From Octopus vulgaris (lineage: Eukaryota): a stretch of DNA of 64,000 nt. The translations under genes and the position numbers were made by a program. The stretch spans positions 106,206,001 to 106,270,000 of the forward strand of contig OX597816.1 of NCBI GenBank assembly GCA_951406725.2, written 5' to 3'. The notes beneath the pieces were generated by a model, which was not told where the DNA came from, made no database searches, and saw only the letters and a program-made list of their open reading frames with translations. How positions within the stretch are numbered: position 1 is the stretch's first letter; every line of letters begins with the position of its first letter. Positions 11,731-25,440 of the stretch are shown here, piece after piece.

Positions 11731-13699
11731 GTAAGGTCCATCTATTGGAAACATTGACACATTATTACAATTACATCTTGAAAGCGCCATTCTAGCCATT
11801 TAATAGCACACAAAACTGTTAAATTTACTTTTCTTTCATGAGGTGTCTAAACTTCCTTTGTATGTCTGCAACTGTTTGAAAGTTTGTTAATAGCCACTTT
11901 CTTTCATAGGAAATTTAGGGATGTATATTGACTTAGATCCCCATGTCATAGGTCAGTCATCATTACTACTTTCAATTCTTCTTTATTTGGCTGTTTATGA
12001 TATGGTATATGCACTGTCATCTTTCCACCTTTTTTCTTTTTCCTTTTATATACAGACACATGCACATATAAGTACATATACATTTTTTGCATATAACACA
12101 AAAGGAGAGAAACATGAAAGCCAATTTTAATACATAGATCATTTAAATATAGATTACTTATGCTAAAATGAAAATAAGTATGTATTCTGAAACTAATTGT
12201 AGGCATTACTCAATTAAAATGCCGTTTTTATAAATGCATTTAAATCAACTTCCACTGGCTGCTCACAAGATACAGGAGGTAACACATGTATTCACTATGC
12301 ATAAGCTGTATTTTTCTTCAAAAGATTAGATGGGAAAGTAATGAAGCTAACTCTGTATTTTTAAGTGTCATCATCATTGGCATAATGTCTACTTTTCTGT
12401 GTTTATATGTGATTGTTATAAACCCAAACTGGAATATCTAAGTTTAAAAGCTTTTAATCAACTAAAAATACAGCAATCTACATTACAAACAAAGATTGCT
12501 AAATTGTAAGCAAAACCGTAGTTCAATGCAATAACACATTTATGCAGCAAGTTGCTACAGTCTCGACTAAAAACCAACACTGAACACATCGTGCTGCAAA
12601 CAGAACAGAACTCCATGCAGGCAAATAACAGCAATCAAGACAATCAAAATCACTTGATCAAAGCTAAAATCACAACGGTGATGATTGAAGTAAGCAGGAG
12701 ATCCAACAGAAAAAGAAACCCACTGAATTGACCACAATGAATAAATTGCCAACACAGTTCATGAAAACCCAATCTATGTGAATACATTCCCAAGGACCGT
12801 CTTTATTCTTCATCACTGTTAAACCCACAAAAGACTGGCAGTTTTTAATTATTTAAACAAAATATACAGCATTTGTTATATATTCATTAGGAGTTAAATA
12901 CACAACAGTATGCATCAGACAATACTGTTTTGGGCAAATTTTCTAAAGTTGGATGCTCTTCCTGTTGCCAACTTTCACCTGTTTTCAAGTAAGGTCATAA
13001 TCCTGTTCCAGTTCTTCAAACATGAAGAGCTCAATAGCCAAACATGTTTTCACGGAAGATAGCAAACGAATAATATCATTTTGTTTGAATGGTGACTTAA
13101 TTTACAATAAACGTGCAAATATCCAGACAAGGTGATATAAATATGCATGCACACTCACTTGCTCTTGCATGCTTAAATTTATAAAATGAGCTTCTTATAG
13201 TTTTCATTTACGAAGTCAACTCATAAGTCACTGGTCAATCTCCGGCTATAGTAGAAGACACTCAAGATGCCATGCAATGAGATTGAACCTGAATCCACCT
13301 GCTTGCAAAGCCAACTCCTTAACCATACAGTCATATTTGCGACTATTTATAAATATTTTTATATGAATTCTTTGAAAACTGTTCGATAATCCTTTCAGAA
13401 TGTTTATTTTGATCAAGGTTTGTAAATGATAACATGATGTCAATTTTTGTTTATTTTCATATGATTTAATCAGGAAGATGTTCAGTACTTAAGACTTTTC
13501 TCATGGTTTCTGAGACTAGTGAGAGGAACAGTGAGATCTTGCCCAAATGCTTACAACAGAGCAAACGCCATATGTACATATACATTCCTCACCCTTGCAT
13601 TATTTTCCCCCTATTACCACTACTATATAACACTAACGTAATCTCCATTATTATCTTTGAATTTAAAAAAATGTTTCAAATAAAAAATCTTTGTTTCAG

Positions 13700-13810
13700 A
13701 ACTTTTACTGGACATTATTCTGTGTATCATGGAGATGGAACCAGAATGCTGTGTTGAAGCACATCTCAATATCTTTTTTGGAGCCTATGGAGCCACCTTA
13801 TCTCTGCAAG
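13700..13810 (+). CDS. URB1: URB1 exon (ELLLDIILC...GAYGATLSLQ)
   Basis: tttcag acceptor, G/gttaaa donor, URB1 GAYGATLS motif. Confidence 0.88.
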
Positions 13811-14835
13811 GTTAAATTTTTTCTGAAAGATTTTTCATCTTTTCTATTAATTACCCATGCAATTTTTCTCTATTATCATTCCCTATATTTGTCTCAAATT
13901 ATGTATATGAAATTATTTCCATAAAAATATTAAGCTAAGTTAGGTGCATGATTATTAAGTCATTGATATATCTGTCTTTCTATGAAGTGATCAGTGGCTT
14001 CACAAAAATCATAACATGAAGATGAACTGTTTTTATCACTGGAAAGAGGAAAATATATATTTATTTCTTCAGTTCATACAAGGCCTCAGTCTGTAGGAGA
14101 AGTGTCTAGTCACTTGAAATGACACTAGTACCTTCCTGATAATTATTTTAATGACCCCTGGATGAATAGAATGCTAACTTCATTTGCATTTCAAAATAGA
14201 ATATAGAGGGAAGAAATAGCAGTTAAATCTAAATTATACTCTGTCATTTTAAAAACATGGGAAAGAACATGCATTAGGTAATGTAATCCTAGATAACCTT
14301 AAAAAGATAGGAGTGTCCTGGTTAAAACACTTTTGCCCATAGGTCTGTTCAGTCATATCTGACATAGGTCTAAACATCAACAACAGGTCTACCTTATCAC
14401 TATATACAAACCACAGAAAGTCTTACAATAATTAGAAGCTAATGATTTCATTGTTGCCAGCATGGACAAAGGATGTTAAATGACGATGATGAGCAAAAGA
14501 ATGTACATTAAGTTGCATAAAAAAAAGTATGATACACTATTTACAAAGAAGATTATAAAAATCCTTAGTAATAGAATGAAGTGATTCATTATTGAGAATG
14601 TGCTATTCATGCTAGTGATGTCATCAAGAAGAATTATAGCAAAACACTATAATCCTTTTCATGACGGCCTGTGAGAAGAGCACTTTATGCAAGTCATTTT
14701 ATTTTATTTACAAATCTTGAAATATGTTTTTAATGTTACTAAAAATGTTTCTTCCAGTACAATCAATAGCATACTATAAAACAACTAAATCAGTTTAAAG
14801 ATTCATTTAATGATTCTACTCCCATCTTTTTTCAG

Positions 14836-14899
14836 ATCAGAAACTGTTGAAGATCATTTCACTTTATGAGAAGAGTGGAATCAATCTTAATAAATTTAG
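14836..14899 (+). CDS. URB1: URB1 exon (DQKLLKIISLYEKSGINLNKF)
   Basis: ttcag acceptor, AG/gtgagt donor, continues the DQK..YE motif. Confidence 0.88.
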
Positions 14900-15840
14900 G
14901 TGAGTGGGGTTAAATTCTCATTTAGTTAGTTTGTTATTATTATTAAAACCAGCATCATTAATTGCAGGTTAATCCAGGCAGAGAATACTGGAGTCAATGG
15001 CATTGATAAAAAACCTCTTCCTTTTAATTACTGGCCTTTTGCCTGAATTAAAAACAGTTATTAGCAGCAGCACTGTTGCATCACTGAAGACTTGGCCTTC
15101 AGATTTACTTGTGCTACATTCTTAGGAATCGTCATCAACTGCAACTGCTTATTCTTGGTGTGTGTGAGACTCTTCTGAATTTTCTGAGATTTTCAATTAT
15201 GTTTGTAGGATCACCTATCTTTTCCAGTGTAGCAAACACTCTTAGTGGTTTCCCACAATCTTTTTTTATAGTGAAGCATAGCCAATTTTGTGTTAATGAG
15301 AAAGAGGGAGATAGAGAAAATAAGAATTGATTTAAGTATTTGACAGGTACTTTATCTGTTAGTAAAGTTGAACTTAACAGGATTTACACTTAGTGTGCAG
15401 AAAGCAGGAACAAATGCTGCAGCAATTTCTATTTGACAATAACCACTCTTTTGCCTCCTACTTCTGTTGAATAACATAGGTTAATTCCTCTCTTGATCCT
15501 TATGGTAGTAAAAACAGAATTTTTGTTTTTCCCTTAGGCCAAAATCAGAAGACATCGCAAATCAGAAACAACCTGCTCAAGTAACTGCAAACACATTAGC
15601 CATTTTACTGTTGTATTTGACTACAGCTTTGTAAAAATTTCTGTATTCTTTAATAGAGAAATTTAGGCTTTATATTGACTATTTTACCCTGACAATTAGG
15701 ATTAGCGAAAATCTGTGGGACAATGTGACACTGAAAGGGCTAATATCTTTCCCATCATTGATCTCCTTCATATATATTACCTAGATTCTGGCTCTGGGTT
15801 CAATACTATTAAAGTTATATATCAAAAATTTATATAGATG

Positions 15841-15998
15841 CAGGTGTAGCTGTGTGGTAAGAAGTTTGCTTCTGAACCACATGGTTTCAGGTTCAGTCCC
15901 ACTGTGTGGTAACTTCGACAAGTGTTTTCTACTATAGTCCAAGGCCAACCAAAGTCTTGTGATTGAATTTGGTAGATGGAAACTGAAAGAAGTTCATC

Positions 15999-16044
<46 letters not shown>

Positions 16045-16225
16045 TTTGTGTTTTTCTCCTGTACTGCTTAACAACCAGTGTTTGTTTACATTCCCAAAAC
16101 TTAGCTGCTTGGTGAAAAGTGACCAATAGAATACATGGCAGATGTTAAGAATAAGTATTGGGATCAATTTGTTCAAGGCAGTACCCCTACACAGTAGCAG
16201 TCCAATGACTGAAAGAAGTGAATGA
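15841..16225 (+). mobile_element. tRNA-derived SINE with internal (TA)n and CR1-type 3' tail
   Basis: A/B-box-like head (GCTGTGTGGTAAG; GGTTCAGTCCC); tail AAGGCAGTACCCC..ATGACTGAAAGAAG resembles the LINE 3' UTR. Confidence 0.75.
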
Positions 16226-16267
16226 TAAATGATGTGATTCATTTTCTTTTTGTTTTTTTTCTTCTAG

Positions 16268-16430
16268 GCCATATTTGTGGGGGACAAAATTTATGGAAGT
16301 CTATGCAATGAACAGAGATTTACAAGATCATTTAAAGGTACAAGGCAGTGTCTCTGATGTATTAAATTTCATTGACAAGAATAAAATGATGAATTCTGTT
16401 TCAAATTTTCCTTTGGAGAGAAAACTATGT
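16268..16430 (+). CDS. URB1: URB1 exon (PYLWGTKF...NFPLERKLC)
   Basis: ttctag acceptor, T/gtaagt donor, phase consistent. Confidence 0.87.
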
Positions 16431-16577
16431 GTAAGTACACACTTGATTAATATCATGTAGCACAATCCTGAGACTTCTGCATAAATTCTATATAAGACAA
16501 CATTGCAGTGTCACTGATATTCCTGTATATTCTCAGTTCCAGCTGTTTCAGTTTGCCTTTCACTTTTGGGGATGCAC

Positions 16578-16960
16578 AGACATGGTTGTGTGGCTAAGGA
16601 GCTTGCTTCTCAGTCATGTAGTTTCCGGTTCAGTTTCCACACAGCATATTGAGCAAGCGTTTTCTACTATAGTCCCAGGCCAACCAAAGCCTTGAGAGCA
16701 GATATAGCAGATGGAAACTCAATGTGTGTTCCCTTGTTTTGACGTCATGTAATTATTGTAAATGAGCATCACCATCATACAAGTATGCCATTCATTTTCA
16801 GTCTTCCCTGACAAAACATGACTGGCTAGTGGGGAAAATGCCACCTAGCTTGGAAACAAGTGAAAGTTGGCAACAGGGAGGGCATTCAACTGTAGTAAGT
16901 CTGCCTCAACAAATTCTGTTTGACCCATGTAAGCATGGAAAAGTGGATGTTAAACAATAA
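16578..16960 (+). mobile_element. tRNA-derived SINE with the same head and core but an RTE-type tail
   Basis: Head as at 15841; tail GTTGGCAACAGGGAGGGCATTC..ACCCATGTAAGCATGGAAAAG. Confidence 0.7.
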
Positions 16961-17052
16961 TCATAAAACAAACAAGTCAAGTACCGGAGTTGTTTCAATT
17001 GATTACTTCCTCTCCCAAAATTTATGGCCTTGTGCCAATGAATTGTTATTAA

Positions 17053-17263
17053 GGCCAAGAGCTACAGAAATATTAGCACGCCATTCAAAATGCTTAGCAG
17101 CATTTCATTTGTCTCTGGATTTCTGGGTTCAAATATCACCTAAGTCAACTTTGCCTTTCATCTTTTCAGGATCAATAAAATAAGTACCTGTTAAGCACTG
17201 AGTCGATGTCATCAACTGGCCACCTCCCTCAAAATTTCAGGTTCTTCGTGCCTATAGTAGAAA
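17053..17263 (+). mobile_element. ~200-bp SINE (TTTCATCCTTTCGGGGTCGATAAAATAAGTACC-core family)
   Basis: Homologous to copies at 25735, 37163, 39605(-), 40340-41668, 44005, 45378 and 53945-55172. Confidence 0.8.
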
Positions 17264-17539
17264 GTGTTATATTATTGTTATTCTTTTATTTGTTTGTCAT
17301 TTGACTGTGGCCATGCTGGAGCACTGCCTTTGGCTGCTTTTTTTTTTTTTTTTTTCAGAATCGTAAGAGTGTTAGATAAATTGCATTGTGGTATTTCTTT
17401 TAACTCTTTATTTTCTGAGTCTGAATGTTACCGGGGTCATCTAAGTCCTGGAAATCATTTTGACTTCCTCCTCACCTTGAATTTGTAGCCTTGTGCCTAT
17501 GTTAAATATATTATTGTTGTTAATAATTTTATTTTTCAG

Positions 17540-17636
17540 CCCTCCACAATTCTTCCTATGGACAAACTACAGTCGTTATCTACTTGTTATGATCCTAGTT
17601 TTCTTCTCCCGATGTTCAGCTACATATTGGCACCAG
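17540..17636 (+). CDS. URB1: URB1 exon (PSTILP...YDPSFLLPMFSYILAP)
   Basis: tttcag acceptor, G/gtattt donor, YDPxFLL motif. Confidence 0.9.
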
Positions 17637-18626
17637 GTATTTTTTTTTTAATTTCTATTTTAAAATCCACTTTTTTTTTTATAAAAACAGCAAAATTGAT
17701 TGCTGTTTGTACTGTTGTTGAAGTTTGCCTAAAGTCAGCCCTATTTAAAGCAGACCTTATGGTCAAAGGCATTTCTGTCATACCCATCCTGTCTTTTTGC
17801 ATATTAGGGACTACAATGTCCAATGCATCCTTTTTTGCCATTCTCAAGTACAGTAGGATATGCTTTTAAGGATATTTATTTTGCTATATGTAGTAAGTTG
17901 AGCAACTGCATAGAGATTCTTGTGTTAGCTTGTTTGTATTGTAGTAATGTAATGTGTGTGCTGATGCAAACATATTCCTTCTATTATACACTCATGTTTA
18001 GTTCAAGGTTTGGGTTAGGTGCAACACTACAAGAGGGTATGAAAGTGGGTGATATAAGTTCATCAGATAGTACACAACTTGCTATTTCAGAGAAACAAGC
18101 TATCATAATAATAGTAGAAGAGAAAGGAGTAAGCAGCATGTTGATGGACTAGTCTTCATGGGCTTCATTAGTGAACTAAAGGGTTTATACATTTTGAACA
18201 TGTATACTCTTGGTGATAAATTCCAAGTTCTTGGTTATCCTGCTTAGCCAAACGGTACTGGCTTTATTCTACCATCCAGTCAAATAAACACCAACAAAAT
18301 TATTTGTGTTCACTCAGCCTATTGGGAAAAGCATCCCCAGGCTCCATTAAACAGACAGGAGGTATTGTATAAACGTGTGTAGTCTTATATATATTATACT
18401 TGAAAATAAGACAAGATTGTCATGGTTCATCTTCCCAGTTAGGACTGGCTTACTATAAAACAACTACAACCTCTCTAGCACAAATTGTAATGTGAATTTT
18501 ACATACATACACATTGTAAAGGGAAAGAATCTCTACTCTCTCAGAAAAATCAATAAATAAAAAAAGATGAACTACGTTAAATTCTATTATACAAATTTAA
18601 TTTAATTTTTGCTTTTCATTTCTCAG

Positions 18627-18902
18627 AAAACCAACTGGAGTGTCTCCTCTTTATTGAGAAAAACTGCTTCAATTTTTGTATCATTGCCTTGAGTTGCTAT
18701 GATGACGACTTGCGTGCAGCTGCATACCATGCACTTTTTCACTTCAAAGGTCATTTGATTAGCAACATTCGGTTTTATCTACGGGACCAATTTCTTTATG
18801 TGCTGAGATTCCTAAAGAACAGTGTGATCAAAGACAATGCCCGAATCCCTTTCGTAACAAGTCTGTATTTAGTCAGAGTTTGCCAAGTTATATTAAATAA
18901 AG
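18627..18902 (+). CDS. URB1: URB1 exon (ENQLECLLF...ALSCYDDDLRAAAY...VILNK)
   Basis: tctcag acceptor, G/gtagag donor, 276 nt, NopRA1-type motif. Confidence 0.92.
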
Positions 18903-20010
18903 GTAGAGATTTAAACGTTTTATTTTTATTTTTAAATATCCTTTGGATTTTGTTTCTTTATAATAAGTTGTATTTGTTGTTTAACCCTGCTTAACTTTGT
19001 ATTAAGACTTATGATGAAAGGCATTCCAGCCATGATCAACTCATCTTTTTATATACTTGAACTACTACATTGCCATGATCAAAGACATTCTGGCCTTGAC
19101 CATCAAGTTTTTCTTTTTCTGTAGGCATCTAGACCTAAATTATCAACATTATTTAGGATGTACTTCCTTTTCATGGGTGAGATTTGGCTGCTATTTCTAT
19201 ATTAAGCAACCATGCACACTTTCTATCACTGGTTCAATGCATGTATTTTTCAGGGAATTTTTTAGTTGGATATGAAATTTATATAAAATGCAAAATAACT
19301 GAATGATTAAAACCACATTTTAAGGCAGACAGCTGGCTGGAAATGAAAAGATTATTTTTGAATCTTGCTAGATTTTCATCATTGATATAGCTCTTGTCAT
19401 GTACTTTCTCATTTAGATCTAAATACATAACAGGAATCTATCTAAGAACTAACAGTGGTGTTGGTTTGTCAGCTTGTAAGCTGCTCTCCCAAAAATAGTT
19501 TGTATTTAAGACAAGCTAACAAGGAAGTCCCTACTTGTTCCCATAATCTGCTAGAAATAACATCAAAAGACCTCATTCATAATTTATCTCATGACCATGT
19601 TGAAAGGAAAAGAACATCAACAAACACAAGGTTCAAAGATGTTAAGCCACTAAATTGAGTTCTCAGTGTATCTTCAACTATTAGCTAGGCAAAGACAAAG
19701 TATATCTGAAACAATAGACATGTGGGTTGCACCCTTTTTATTTGCCTGATTACCTATATATCATTGGCTTGCTCAGAGTTAACTTGAGCCAACAGCAACA
19801 TTTTAAAGGCATATGTTTATCATAGATGTAAAACACATGTTTATAACATCTGTAAATTTAGAAAATTTTGGAAATTAGAATTCATTTCATTGTACATTTT
19901 AATCAATTGTAAGAAAAATAAATAATTTGCAAGCATATAAGAAATAATAAAGAGGCGAGAGGGGAGTAATGCATTATTAGTGGTTTTCATTTTTCTTTCT
20001 TCTATTACAG

Positions 20011-20117
20011 GTCATGACCTTTATTTTTCTATTATTGGTTTACTTACGGTGAAGCCTTTCTTTGATCTATATACAGTGCCAGAATTTTCCCAGATGTTTA
20101 ATTGTTCCTCACTTATG
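20011..20117 (+). CDS. URB1: URB1 exon (GHDLYFSII...VPEFSQMFNCSSLM)
   Basis: ttacag acceptor, ATG/gttagt donor. Confidence 0.9.
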
Positions 20118-21024
20118 GTTAGTGCATATATTTTTTTTTTTTGTACTTCATGTAATATCCCCATCTTATTCTCACTGTGTATCTATCTTTCCACTTCATA
20201 CTCACACTAAGCCTATCATTTACATTAGAATTTGATTTATTAATTCCTTGTAAAGTACATCGTCTTGGTTAAACCACGGTCCTCTTATATTCACAGTGAC
20301 CTACCATTACCTTTTTGTACTGTTAGTAATCAGTCCCTTTACTCCTGGTCACTTGGTATTAACATCCTTCATTCTCTCTTACCACCATCCATCTCTACTA
20401 TAGTCCGCCTTTTGCTCACTGGCAATCATGTAGCTACCATCATTGCCTCTATTCCATTATTACCTGCTATTACTCTCTCTTCCATTAGTCCTTCCTCTTC
20501 TCACTCTTATTATTTTGTTTCTCTTATCATGAACCTGCTTCTTTCACCTTTTCACCATAATTCATCTGCTCTCATCATGCTGTCCTTGATTCATCCTCTT
20601 GATAATGTTGCTTTGAATGAATGAAGATAGCCTGACGTAGTGAGAACTCATTAATTTTGTATAGCACAAGGCAACCTAAGTCCTTTTGGTGTCACAATAA
20701 AGTGGGTACACCCAGTATACAATGTAAAACAGTTGATGAATGAGCAGACAACATACAGTAAAGAGAACTCTTTAGTCCTGCTGAAGACATGACTTTTTTA
20801 GTGCTTGTACAACAATATAATCTAGGTGTTAAGAAGAGCATCTAGCTGTAGACATCTTACCAGACATTGAAATTAATGAGCAAAATGTGGTTTTCCAATC
20901 TGTCTAGGAGAGTAGTCCCATAATCACTTTAAATGAGAACTGATTTAAAAAATGGCAATCCATTCTACACATGCCAGCATAGTAAGCAGACAGAAAAACA
21001 ACTTTGAAGAAAAGGCCATTTAAA

Positions 21025-21464
21025 TCTATACATATAAAGCTGAAGTTGTGTGTGTGTGTGGCAGGTTTGGTAGCCTTCAACTAACACTATTTCCTCTGAG
21101 ACCCTTCAGTGCAAGTTGACCAAAATTGAGAGTATGATAGAAGAAGGCTTGCTCTTCATTCTGTAGAAGAAAAAATTCAAATTGGTCCATGTTAACACCA
21201 AAAATTATTTACATCAAAAAGGTGCCTTTTTTCTATGAAAATCCCTATTTTTTACGATTTTTTTGACTGCTGTGTCGTCATTTTTCGGTGTATTTCAACC
21301 AGAAAAATGTTCACTTAAAGAGAATAACAAGCTACATAATGCAAAATTTTTACTTTTCAAAAAAGATTGAAACTATGTCAAAACTTTGTTAATGCGACAT
21401 CAAAGTCTGCCGTTTTAAACGCAACTAAAACACAAACCCAAGCAACGCCGGGCTATACTGCTAG
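21025..21464 (+). mobile_element. Non-autonomous Helitron
   Basis: A|TC 5' end, CTAG|T 3' end, subterminal imperfect hairpin CCCAAGCAACGCCGGG (21437-21452), internal (GT)n. Confidence 0.8.
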
Positions 21465-21558
21465 TATATATATATATAAATATGACTGTGTATTCTACTT
21501 AGATATTTTTCAATCTTACATATTTGAGGAGATAACATAATCTAATTTTATTTGCCAG

Positions 21559-21702
21559 CATTACAGAGAAAGAAAATGGATGCTCTTTCTACTTCATGAT
21601 GGTCTTCGAGGAATGACAGAACATAAAATATATCAAAGACGTCATGTGTTCAAGATCATCATGTCTTATGCTAATTCTTCTTTATGTGACGGGGGAATTC
21701 AG
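21559..21702 (+). CDS. URB1: URB1 exon (HYRERKWMLFLLHDGLR...CDGGIQ)
   Basis: gccag acceptor, CAG/gtgaga donor, ERxW..L.DGLR motif. Confidence 0.92.
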
Positions 21703-22224
21703 GTGAGAATTTATCTTGTTTTTTGACTAAGATTGAACTTATATCATGAAAGAGGTAAAATATAAGTTCACCTCTTTCATGACCGTATTTCCACAGTAAC
21801 ATTGTATATGAATGTCTGTCAGTTCATTTTCAGTTTATCAAAAATTTAGAGAGTTTAAGTGAAAAAAAAAAAACATTTGCATTTTCCTTTATTAAATATA
21901 TTAAACTGGTGTTTGGAATATGACTTAACATAGATCCTTACATAAATGTATAACTGTGTGTGTGTGTGTCTTTGTCCCCTACCACAGCCTGACAACCAGT
22001 AGAATAAGTACCAGTACATAAAAAGGAGTACTAGGATTGAATTGCTTGACTAAATCCTTCAAGGCAGTAGCCCCAGTATGGCAGTAGTCCAAAAACTGAA
22101 ACAAGTAAGAAATTAAAAGAAAAAAATTTTACCTGCTGAAGTATTTCATTAACATGTTTTTAATAAGATTTTTGTTGAAACTTTAATTTAAATTTGAACA
22201 ATTGAATATAAGCAGTTTAGGGCA

Positions 22225-22391
22225 AATGTTCAAACTGGCCAGACTCAGCCTCTCACACCTACCTTTCAATGTCATTCTAAAAATAAATCATATCACTGAA
22301 ATCTCAAAAATACAAGAAAAAACCTGATTAATTCAAAACAATATGAATAAATAAGCATTACATTTAAGAGAGTAATCTGAATGCTAAAGGG
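22225..22391 (-). mobile_element. Partial piggyBac-type MITE
   Basis: Ends ATGCTAAAGGG|TTAA; reverse orientation of the 44462 family. Confidence 0.7.
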
Positions 22392-22438
22392 TTAAATGCA
22401 TTTAGGGCTTACAAAACTTTTACTTTTACTTATTGCAG

Positions 22439-22545
22439 GAAATGGTGCTACGTATACTAATGCAGGCCTGTACAGAAAAGACAGCCATTCTGATGACACG
22501 TGAATACGGCATCCTAACTTGGATTAATTCATTCATTTCTAACGT
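22439..22545 (+). CDS. URB1: URB1 exon (EMVLRILMQAC...YGILTWINSFISN)
   Basis: ttgcag acceptor, GT/gtacgt donor chosen by the phase of the next exon. Confidence 0.85.
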
Positions 22546-23261
22546 GTACGTTTTTAAATACTTTGAATTAATATTATTGATTTGTGTGTGATTGCTTTCA
22601 TTCCCCATGCTGATACCGCCTGAGAATCACATAAAGGGTATACGTATCTAGAATACTTAACTACTTATATGTTAATTCAAGACCAATAAATTACTTACAT
22701 GTGGATACTACAAGTTATGAAACAGTTTGTTAATGATATTAGAATTTTCTTATTGTTAAAATTTCATCAGGCAATTTCTCTGTCATTTATGACTATTTAT
22801 ATATTGTTCTTTGTATTCTTTCCTTCTTTCCTTCTTTCATTCTTTCCTTCTTTCTTTCATCCCTTTCACACTTTGTTCATTCCACTCTTCGTTCTTTCGT
22901 TCCCCCTCTCTCACATTTCCTAGCCTTCTCTTCATGTTCACTTTCCCTCTTTCATTTTTCTCTCGCCCCTCCTTAATTCTTCTATCCTTCTGCCTCTACC
23001 TCCCTCTCTTCTCTCCCCCACGTGACCGATGTTCGGCTAGGCCTGACCATTCTTTCTTGGTTGGACCACTGTCCGTGCAACATCTATATTCCTTCCTGTG
23101 CTTGTTAAATCTTATGTCCCTGCTGTAAGGTTTTACTTCCACATACGCCAGCTTAATTTAATTCATCCTTAGTTGAAAGACACCTGTTGTTATGTCCTGT
23201 TAATTATATTTGTGTAACATGTTTTTTTCCGTCTTTGTTTCGTATACATTCGCTGCTTTCT

Positions 23262-23491
23262 TCCAAGGAATGTAATGTTCTTAGTTTATTTCTCCTTGGG
23301 GCTGGCCAGATTGGAGCAATCTTGAGTATAACCAGCCGAAATTGCAAAGATAATCTGGAAATCGACTGAGGATAGAAAACTCCGAATGATCCATCCTTGT
23401 TTTCCTTGTATCGTCTGTCTGGATATTTTTCCTTTTTTTTTTTTTGTTTCACCTAACTGTCTGGATGTTTTGCATTCTTGTCCCATTTTTG

Positions 23492-23500
<9 letters not shown>
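23262..23500 (+). repeat. Interspersed repeat, possibly a Penelope-like terminal fragment
   Basis: Homologous in inverted orientation to 36070-36262. Confidence 0.6.
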
Positions 23501-23530
<30 letters not shown>

Positions 23531-23796
23531 CATGATCATTTAACATCTATTATCTCATATAATAAACCCTGTTTCACTCGGTTTTTATACAGCATGTTAG
23601 TAACCATAGGTTTGAGTCCTTGGGCAGGAATGGTGAGGGACAGATTCCATCGCAATTACTATGGGGTGCCATAAAGATCATGCCAAAACAGACACAGAAG
23701 TCTGTAGTCTTCTGCTAAGCTCCTGTCAAACTGCCCAACCCATGCCAGCATGGAAGGTAGACATTAAACGCTGATGATGATACATATATGGTAATG

Positions 23797-24058
23797 GGTA
23801 AAGTCTCCCTTTGGTCATGAATGACCATAGTCTTGCATCTAAAAAGTTCCCCTTCAAGGCACTAGTCTGGGGATGGTTTTTTTGTGGAAGACTAGTATTG
23901 CCCATGCATACCAGTCTCCCCTCTTCATACCTCCAATGCTGTCCAATGGAAAGGCAAAGGCCAATACAGCTTGGTATCTGTGATGTCACAACTCATTTCT
24001 ACAACTGAATGAATTGGAGCAATGTGAAATAAAGTGTCTTGCTCAAGAACACAACACA
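23797..24058 (-). mobile_element. SINE (GTGTTGTGTTCTTGAGCAAGACACTT core)
   Basis: Typical SINE core on the minus strand; related degraded copy at about 27290-27575(+). Confidence 0.6.
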
Positions 24059-24139
24059 TGTAGTCATACATACTCTTTTCTTCACTTGTTTTTAATTTCA
24101 TCTTTTGTATGTTTAACATTGTTATTTACTTTTTTGTAG

Positions 24140-24307
24140 GGATCCTCATTCACAGTTGACAGTGCTCATCACAAAATTAGTGGACAAGATCTGGCATGCT
24201 CTTCAGCAGAAGAACAAATCTCAGAGTAACGACAAAGACTTCACATTGCCAAAGCCATTTTTTACTGAAATGCAGATCTTATTATTAAATCTATTGGATC
24301 ATTTCAG
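24140..24307 (+). CDS. URB1: URB1 exon (DPHSQLTV...LLDHF)
   Basis: ttgtag acceptor, AG/gtagtt donor, 168 nt. Confidence 0.82.
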
Positions 24308-24794
24308 GTAGTTATTATTGCATACATGAATAAGTGTCGAGAGAGAAAGACACAACAAACTTAAGGGTGGCAGTTCTGATATGGTAGATTGTGTGAAGTG
24401 TTTAATGCAATGTCCAACACAGTGTTGTAGGAAAGATGAGTGGGGATGCAAGAAGATGTGTAGCTAGCTATTTTAGGGAAATTGATACCAGTATGATGAT
24501 GATATAGAAAGCAGAGTGAGAGCACAGTCTATGAGGTAGTAGTTGAGGTGTGTTGGTGACAGAATTTTTGTCAATCGCTCAAATGGCATCTTTGGAGGCA
24601 AGGGTTATTCAGCCTAGATTTGTGATAAAAAATAACAGTACCATTGCATGGATATGAGTAATACTCCACTGTGGGCTATAACTGGATTTATAGAAGCTTA
24701 GATATTCATTTTAAAGTTGAACTATTTCCTGAATCTAAAGTGGAATCCCAGTCTTTGTGTTATATAGTTTTGACAATGTTATATATATATATAT

Positions 24795-25252
24795 AACCCA
24801 TAACCCGTGGCCTCTACCTAGGATGTAGCCAGTCCACTTATGCATACCTTTCCTTCTTGGGACACAAAACTCTACTTGTGAAGACCTGTTGAGGCAAGTG
24901 AGAATCAAAATCGATCAACATCAATGGAAATTGTAGCTGTGATACCAGTGCTGGTGGCACGTAAGAGAACTATCCAAACCTAGCCGTTGCCAGTGCCGCC
25001 CTGACTGGCCTCCATGGCGGTGGCACGTGAAAAGCACCATCCAATCGTGGCCGTTTACCAGCCTCGTCTGGCACGTAAAAAGCACCCACTACACTCATGG
25101 AGTGGTTGGCGTTAGGAAGGGCATCCAGCTGTAGAAACATTGCCAGATCAGACTGAGCCTGGTGCAGCCTTCTGGCTTCCCAGACCCCAGTTGAACCGTC
25201 CAACCCATGCTAGCATGGAAAGCGGATGCTAAACGATGATGATGATGATGAT
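24795..25252 (+). mobile_element. RTE 3' UTR module with ~60-bp internal repeats and (GAT)n tail
   Basis: Homologous to 42510-43062 and 46680-47143. Confidence 0.85.
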
Positions 25253-25440
25253 ACATATATGAGATTGCCATGAGGGGATAATCAAATTTAAAAAAAAGCA
25301 TTTATGGTGACCTTGAGTGTTTTAGCTGTGTGTTGTTCATGAGTAAAGAGAGTAAGGTTCAAGATTGTTTCTCTCATATGTGTAGTTCAGTAATTTTCAA
25401 TCTTTGTGATTCTGGACATTTAAATTAAAACTCTGATACC

